Shown one piece after another: positions 40,387 to 64,000 of a stretch of DNA of 64,000 nt; position 1 is the stretch's first letter, and the number at the start of each line of letters is the position of its first letter. The DNA lies in NCBI RefSeq assembly GCF_016432865.1, contig NC_067401.1, positions 130,758,001 to 130,822,000 on the forward strand, given 5' to 3'. The notes beneath the pieces were generated by a model. The model was given only the letters and a program-made list of their open reading frames with translations, made no database searches and was not told where the DNA came from. This stretch comes from Antechinus flavipes (taxonomy: Eukaryota). Made by a program: the position numbers and the translations under genes.

Positions 40387-41453
40387 GGAACAGCTCTCTG
40401 AGTCTGTCAACATAACAAGATCTGTCTTAGTATGGAGGGGAAGGGTCCCGGTTGGGAGAGTGACTAGCAGAACTTTTTGAGACATCCAGTATAAGAGAAG
40501 CAAACTACAGACCACAGGGTGCAACGTGGGACACAACACTTGACTCTGGGTTTGTTTTTGTTTTTATATATAAACCAAGAATTTAAAAAATTACTGTAAT
40601 ATAGAGATCTTCTGGAGAGACTTTGCAACAAAGAATATATAAAGAACATGATCTCCTGGGCACATTAAGCAGCATTTGAGCGTGGAAGGGAAGGGTGCTC
40701 CTCATGCATTGGAGAGCAGTATGGGCCTTTAAGCAGACACCAAAGTTATTGCACATCCTTGGGAAAGTGGAAGGGGAATATAAGGTTATTGAAGGGTCTG
40801 CCTAAATTTCTCTACCTTGCATGTTTTGGCTTATGGCTTTGGCTAAAGTATGATGTAGCAGGGGTGCTAAGGTGCTAAGCTGAAGCTTGGGGACTCGTTT
40901 TAAAAAAGGGGGAGGGAGACCTCCTTACTCCCTACTATGCTGGAAGGCATTCTGCAGGACCAAGGGGAGGCTTGGGGAAATGAGTTAGCAGCCTCCTCCC
41001 CCCATGTCCTGGGCAGCCCCCACATCTGCTCCTGCTGATATCGGGTATGTGGGGGAAAGCAGATAATCTCCCCCTGCACACAGTTGATAATCCCTTGCAG
41101 CAGCTGGAGATGGGGCTTGGGCAGAGATGGTGGGAGGTGCCTGTGCCCGTCTCTGCCCTATACATCTCCTGCCAGGCAGGCACTGGGCCAGGAGCCTGAG
41201 TGAGTGGGGGAGGGGAGAGGCTGGGTAGGACAAGGAAAGGGATGGGCATTTGGCTCCAGGCAGTGAGGCTCTGCCTCTCCCTTTGGTCCCAACAGCTCTG
41301 CTTGGGAATGTGGGCAGGAAGAGATGTCCTCAGGGTGGACAGAGCCAGCTCAGGGAAGGAGCCCTCATGCCCTTGGTTGGGGGTAAAAACAAAGGGAGGG
41401 CGACATCGGGGTCTGGGGAGAGGGACTTTACCCCACAGACCCCTTCCTCTGAT

Positions 41454-57971
<16,518 letters not shown>

Positions 57972-58795
57972 AGTGCCCAGAAGGGCCCTGGGCTCTGCCC
58001 AGCTCTCAGATGTTCCCTCGCGATTTTTAAGGATCCAGAGACTTCTCTCCTTTTCTTCCCTCTACTCCCCTTCTCCCTCTCTCCAGATCTCTGTCCTTTT
58101 TTTTGCCCACTCTCACCTCTCTCCCCCCTCCCAGCCTTCTCCTGTCTTCTCCTCTTACATCCCCCAGCCTCCCCCGCCCGGTTCGCGTTCCCACCTCACG
58201 CGCCGCTTCCCAGGACCTCGCGCGCGCGCACGCAACACGGACAAGCGGGAAATGGTATGAGAGAGGCAGTTAGGAGAGCTGAAGCGGGGAAGTCTCTAAA
58301 GACAATAATATAAAGGAGAAACAAAGACCTGGGAACAAAAGGAAATTGGAAAAGAGGGGAAGCTGCATCACCCCTGTATAGTATAGTACAGTATAGTACA
58401 CTGGAAGAGTCTGAAAAGAATAGTAAAAGCTGAATTCCTAGCACTTTCCTGAAGAACAACTCGGAGGGGGCAAAAACTCCGAGATAGAGGCAGGGAACAC
58501 ACACACACACAATGTTAGGAGGCTCAGAGAAAAGGTGCAATGCGGGTGGGGAGGACGAGGGATAAGATTTGGAAGAACAGGATGCCAAGGTCAGGAACAG
58601 GAAGGGGAAAGGGGGGAGTGGAGAAAACAGGGGGAAAGGGGATAGAGAGAAGAGACATGGGATCAACAGGTCTAAAGGGCCCCTGATCTTTAGCCTCCCC
58701 GCCTTCACCCTCACTCTCCGCCCCTTCCTTCCTGTCCCACAAGTTTTAACTTCTCCCCCAACCAGACCACCTCGAAAACCGGTTTCGCGGGGGAG

Positions 58796-60629
58796 ATGGA
58801 GACTCAAACATTGGAACAGGTGGGACTTGGGGTGAGGCTAGAGGGATGGAAATGGGGGTTGGCTTGGGGTATGGAGAGAATCAGAAGTTGGTCATTGGTG
58901 CTCCCAGCATTGCTAAGCTGGGCAGGGGCTGTGGATACTTTTTTTCTTGTCACTGCCTCATGATCTTGGATTCCTGTATTGATCTCAGGCATTTAAACGA
59001 TTTAAAATTATTTGGTATAGGAAGGTGAGAGGCGTCACTAAGCCATGCTTAAGACAGAGTAGTTCGTATCTGAAGAAGCCTGAACCCTGGAAATCCCCTA
59101 ACTTTTTGATCAAGTGATTCCCGGGAGATAAACCAGACCCAAGAGCCAGCGGTCAGAACAGCTGTCTTGGTGGGGAATGGGAGGGGAGGAGCAGAAAGAC
59201 CGACCAAAAAAAAAAAAAGAACTAGAGACAAAAACAGAATATGCAGAATTCCCCACCCACCTCCTCCAAGCCTTGGGACTCCAGCCTGATGGGGGTAACC
59301 ATCCTTATTGACCCACTATCAAGGAGATAGAACATTAAGTCTAATCAACAAATGCTAATTGAGCCCTATTGGCTCTAGAGCTTTATGTTTCTAGACATGC
59401 CCAGCCTGTGGTCTGGCATCAGCGGTCTATTCAGGCTAGTTTTGAGAAGAATATCCTAATACTGCCCCTAGCTTACAATGTGTTAGGTGCAGCTCTTAGG
59501 GGTAGCAAATGCGTTGGGGGAGGATGTCTTATTGGTTCAATCCCCATCTCCTCCCTTTCTTCCCTAGGTCACCTGGTGGAGCCTCTACTCTGGGGAAAAT
59601 GATGATGTGTACCCGTCAGTGCCTCTACCAGAGCTATGCCATAAGGCGGATGTCCAGTCTTTCAGCAGAGTCTTTCAGCCAAGTATTTCTCTCATAGTGG
59701 CCGCTTTTGGCCTGGCAGGCAATGGCCTTGTCTTGGCCACCCACCTCACTGTCCACCGGGCAGCCCGCTCACCAACCTCAGCTCATTTGCTCCAACTGGC
59801 CTTAGCGGACCTACTTCTGGCATTGACTTTGCCCTTTGCAGCAGCCGGAATTCTGCAGGGATGGACACTGGGCAGCATGCTCTGCAGAACTGTTTCCGGC
59901 CTCTACTCTGCCTCCTTCCACGCAGGTTTCCTCTTCTTGGCTTGCATAAGTGCTGATCGATACGTGGCCATAGCACAGGCTTCCCCAGGGGGCCAAAGGC
60001 CCCCAGCCCCTGGCAGGACTCATATGGTCTCCGCAGCAATCTGGCTGCTTTCCATAGTGCTGGCGCTGCCCTCTCTACTCTATGGTCAAGATGGGCAGCG
60101 AGACGGACAAAGGCGATGCCGACTAGTATTTCCTGAGGGTCTGACCCAGGCAGTCAAGGGGGCCAGCGCCGTGGCGCAAGTGATCCTGGGCTTTGCGCTG
60201 CCCCTCGCAGTCATGGTGGCCTGTTATGCCCTGTTGGGCCGGACACTGTTGGCCGCCAGAGGGCCAGAGCGCCGCCGAGCACTGCGCGTAGTGGTGGCCT
60301 TGGTGGTGGCTTTTGTGGTCCTGCACTTACCCTACAGCCTAGCCTTGTTGTTGGATACCACCGACCTGCTGACTGCCAGAGAGCGAAGCTGCTCAGCTAG
60401 CAAGCGCAAGGATATGGCATTGTTGGTGACCGGTGGTCTGGCCCTGGCTCGTTGTGGACTCAATCCTATACTTTACGCCTTCCTGGGGCTGCGCTTTCGG
60501 CAGGATCTCAGGAGATTGCTTGGAGGTGGGTGCTTCCGACGCAGCTCCAGTCAGCGAGGCCGCTGTCCTCGCCGACCCCGGCTTTCTTCGTGCTCGGCTC
60601 CCACAGAGACCCACAGTCTCTCCTTTTAG
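58796..60629 (+). CDS. CCR10: C-C chemokine receptor 10, 2 exons, 361 aa
   Basis: Exon 1 58796-58819 (METQTLEQ, donor CAG|GTGGGA); exon 2 59568-60629 (acceptor ccctag|GTC, VTWWSLYSGENDDVY...PELCHKADVQ, SADRYVAI motif, NPILYAF, ends PTETHSLSF*). Same 8-codon first-exon structure as recalled for human CCR10. Confidence 0.96.
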
Positions 60630-60804
60630 CGAACTCTTGTTTTCGAGGAACTGGGGGTAGGTGTATGGGGGAGTGGGGGGAGATGGGGAAATGGGTATGT
60701 GTGTACAGGATATTGGATGTTACTGGGGAAAAGGAAGAAGAAGACACTGGAGAGCATGGGGACACAAGTAGGTGTTGAAAAGAATTTCTTCTGTTTATTT
60801 TGAG

Positions 60805-60810
60805 ATTAAA
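60805..60810 (+). terminator. Possible CCR10 polyadenylation signal ATTAAA
   Basis: Variant hexamer ~175 nt after the stop, just before an L1 insertion. Confidence 0.35.
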
Positions 60811-60886
60811 ATTCAAAATCTAACTTGATTAAGAGCAAGCAAGATTATCAGAAAATTAGAGATAATCAACATCTGTTAGGATTTTC

Positions 60887-61550
60887 TTTTTTATTTTTAT
60901 TATTATAGCTTTTTATTTACAAGTTATATGCATGGATAATTTTTCAGCATTGACAATTGCAAGACCTTTTGTTCCAACTTTTCCCCTCCTTCCCTCCACC
61001 CCTTCCCCGAGATGGTAGGTTGACCAATACATGTTAAATATGTTGAAGTATAAGTTAAATACAATATATGTATACATGTCCATATAGTTATTTTGCTGTA
61101 CAAAAAGAATTGGACTTTGAAATAGTGTGTAATTAGCCTGTGAAAGAAATCAAAAATGCAGGCGGACAAAAATAGAAGGATTGGGAATTCTATGTAGTGT
61201 TACATAGTCATCTCCCAGAGTTCTTTTGCTGGGTGTAGCTGGTTCAATTCATTACTGCTCTATTGGAATTTATTTGATTTCATCTCATTGTTGAAGAGGA
61301 CCACGACCATCAGAATTGATCATCATATAGTATTGCTGTTGAAATATACAATGATCTCCTGGTCCTGTTCGTTTCACTCAGCATCAGTTCATGTAAGTCT
61401 CTCCAGGCCTTTCTGAAATCATCCTGCTGGTCATTTTTTACAGAACAGTAATATTCCACAATAGTCACATACCACAATTTATTCAGCCATTCTCCAATTG
61501 ATGGGCATCCACTCAGTTTCCAGTTTCTGGCCACTACAAAGAAGGCTGCC
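60887..61550 (-). mobile_element. 5'-truncated L1 downstream of CCR10
   Basis: ORF2 C-terminus (61310-61550) plus 3' UTR; TSD TCTGTTAGG(A/C)TTTTC at 60872-60886 and 61551-61565 (1 mismatch). Confidence 0.88.
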
Positions 61551-62149
61551 TCTGTTAGGCTTTTCATTCACTAACTTGGAAATGACTGGGCTGACAGATT
61601 ACTTCCCCGCCCCTTATGCCCGGAATAGAAAGGCAAAGGGAGGTAAAGGGAAAGAAACAGTTAAGGTGGAGTGGAAACTGCATCGAGCAAGAGAGAGGAC
61701 AGATTGCTTCATATAGAAAACAAAATAGTAAATAAAACAAGTTGAAAGCAAACAGTTTGCACTTAGGGGCTTTCAAGTCTCTAAAACAGACTGCCTCATT
61801 GACTATTCCAATTAGAAAGGGTTCCATTCTCATTTCACAGAAAAGCAAATCAAGATAGAGAAAAGTGACCATCCTCCTAAGTCTCAATTAGGGAGGGCCG
61901 GAGTTCCTGCGGCTCTTTCTCAATCTTCTGAGCACAAGGCCAGAGGAAAGGGATGAGCCTGCAAGAGAGGAAAAACTTCCTGACTGTCAAGGATAGAAGT
62001 CTGGAAAAGAGAGGATAAGGGTGACGAGTGTTTCCATCCCAGAAGGCCACCTTCTGTCTGTCCAAGGCAGGGAGGGATCTCTGGCGGAGGTCATCGACTG
62101 ACCTCTGGGGAAAGTCCCTTTAAGTCTTGCTCTAACCAAAGGCTAACCT

Positions 62150-62620
62150 CCGAGGAACACGTGACCGACCCCAGGGGTGTTTTTTCAGTCTAGGGCAGAG
62201 CCCGCTCTCCACAGAGGACGAGGAGAGGCGGGGAGGGGTGGGGTCTGGGCGGAGCCCCTGCGGAGCCCCTCCCCAGTATTCCCTGTTAAGTCCCGCAGGT
62301 CTATGCTCCTGGGACCTCTTACGGCCAACTGGAGCTTAGATTTAGGAAGCCGCTCCAAGCTTGATCTCAGTCCCCTGCACGGGGAGGGAGAGGGGTAGAG
62401 ATGGGGCTAGGACTCGTTGATTCCCAGGGAGGTTACCGCACTCCAGCCATTGGGGGCTGGAGTTCCGAACCCTTCACCCAGAGACTGCGGGAAGCGCTGC
62501 TGAGTCAGCAGCGCGCGCTCCCGACCCTTCGCCTGTGCACGCCCGGTCTCTGTCTGGGCCCCTCCCTCAGAATCCTTGCCTTCCCCCTTCTCCCAACCTA
62601 GCGACTTGGTTAACTCTTTC
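62150..62620. promoter_or_regulatory. CpG-rich element between CCR10 and the next gene
   Basis: Local CpG enrichment, E-box CACGTG 62158-62163, GC boxes. Confidence 0.4.
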
Positions 62621-63299
62621 CTATCCTGGACCGCATGAACATGAAAAGATGGCAGGGATGGAATTAGAGATGGGGATTGGGGGGTTGGGAAGTCATTCTT
62701 ACTCCAACCTTGAGTTCCAGGACTTTTATTTCCGCTCCCCCCCAAATGCAGGAGTCAACTTCTCAGCCCGTTTCAAGGGAAGTTCTGAGCTCTAAAATTC
62801 TGATTCGTTTCTTCGTAGCTTAAATGCTTGCCTCAGTTTCCCCCAGTCTAGAAATGAGATGGGCACGGGCGAGAGCAACATGTGTCTTCCTTCTACAGAC
62901 GATCGAGGGAAATACCCTTTCCACTTAAACCGGCCCGAGTCTCGGGAAAGCTTTCCCACACAACTGCCCCTGGGACCAAGGCTCAGATCTAGTGGGGTCA
63001 GAGAAAAGTACTCTGCACTTCCTTTAGGCTATCTTTTGCCCCCTAAGCGCCTTGTTCCCGTGACACTGGAGAATCTATCTGCTCCAAGAATAATCCTCTT
63101 CCAGGTGGTTTTTTTCACTGTCATTTTATTTTTTAATTTTTTTCCATTTAAAAAAAAAAAACTACCTTTTCTCTTTCCCATCTCCCTTTCCTCACTGAAA
63201 AAAAACACCTTTGTAACATATATGCATACTGAAAATTATGCATAAACAAATTCCTGCATTGTCCAAAAAATATCTTAAACCCTGACTCCATCACCTTTC

Positions 63300-64000
63300 G
63301 CTCCCCTCTCATCAAGTTCAAGCTTTTTGAGAAAGAAGTTACAGGGTTAAAAGGAGAGCGTGGAGGCGGGGTTGTCCAGGCGTTGAACAACCAGCTCTGG
63401 ACCTCAGAGACTGGGGCGTGGTTAACATCTCTTAGCTCCTTCTCTCCCTCTCTCTTTCGCCTTAACCCTCCCCTCCCGGCTGTCACTAAGCCAGGGGGCA
63501 CATGATGCAACCCGCCGCTACCTCCATCACCCAATTGGCTGAAGCTCCCGGCGCCAGGCACCGGAATTGGTCGAAAGAGTCTGTGACGACATCCAGACCT
63601 TGCCTTGTTCAGAGAGAGGGGAGGAGAGAAAAAAGAAGGGAAAGGGGGAGGGGGGCAAAAGAATCGCGCGGGGGGGCGGAGCCCAGGCGCTGAGCTCGCG
63701 CCCCCCGCGCGCCAGTCCCGGGGCTGCAGGGAGCGCAACGCGCGCGGCCCGGGCCCCGGACACCGGACGCTGCACCGGACACGACCCTCCCTGGAGCTTG
63801 GATTACTGCCCACTTTGGACACAGCACCGGACACTGCCCCCCACTGGGCCGGACACTACAACGGACACTACTTCCCAGCCCCGGACATTGCTACCTCCTC
63901 CCCCCACCCCGTCCCGGAGTGTGTCCCCCCCCCCCCCGGCCCCGGACATTGAATCTCCCTCTGGCTCTGGATAGAGCCCTGCTGCACCCCAACCTCAGAC
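63300..64000 (+). promoter_or_regulatory. CpG island; probable promoter/5' leader of PLEKHH3 (CDS would start beyond the window)
   Basis: Very CpG-dense with GC boxes. Identity inferred only from the recalled mammalian order EZH1-CNTNAP1-CCR10-PLEKHH3; no PLEKHH3 coding sequence is recognisable inside the window. Confidence 0.5.
63756..63949 (+). repeat. Dispersed (C)CGGACAC motif array
   Basis: CGGAC at 63757, 63764, 63776, 63828, 63850, 63862, 63882, 63943; TGGACAC at 63816; reverse GTGTCC at 63921. Confidence 0.9.

Noticed and set aside
58594-58738. Imperfect inverted repeat upstream of CCR10
   Set aside because: Only ~9 bp perfect, between low-complexity purine and pyrimidine tracts; expected by chance
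63148-63974. Long overlapping ORFs (228 aa on -, 135 aa on +) in the terminal CpG island
   Set aside because: Stop-poor GC-rich sequence; no similarity to recalled PLEKHH3 or any family

Overview
Eukaryotic window, inferred to be from an Australian marsupial (probably a dasyurid) from WSINE1-like SINEs, RTE and MAR1 repeats and marsupial-type L1 3' ends. It carries the conserved mammalian block EZH1 (+; 19 coding exons, 748 aa), CNTNAP1/Caspr (-; 24 exons, 1367 aa), CCR10 (+; 2 exons, 361 aa) and a terminal CpG island that by synteny is probably the PLEKHH3 promoter/5' leader. All exon boundaries were traced by hand and the reading frames close. No prokaryote-type systems (CRISPR, rRNA, tRNA) were seen. 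Most interesting observations: (1) two staggered AUGs in EZH1 exon 1 plus a candidate 10-nt microexon that would switch which AUG is in frame; (2) a 133/138-bp element duplicated in two CNTNAP1 introns; (3) a dense CGGAC/GGACA array in the putative PLEKHH3 leader; (4) an Ezh1-beta-like intron read-through; (5) nested L1/L1/LTR insertions creating a ~170-bp inverted repeat in an EZH1 intron; (6) two GC-AG introns. Gene and repeat names come from recalled family sequences, not database searches; old-repeat boundaries are approximate.
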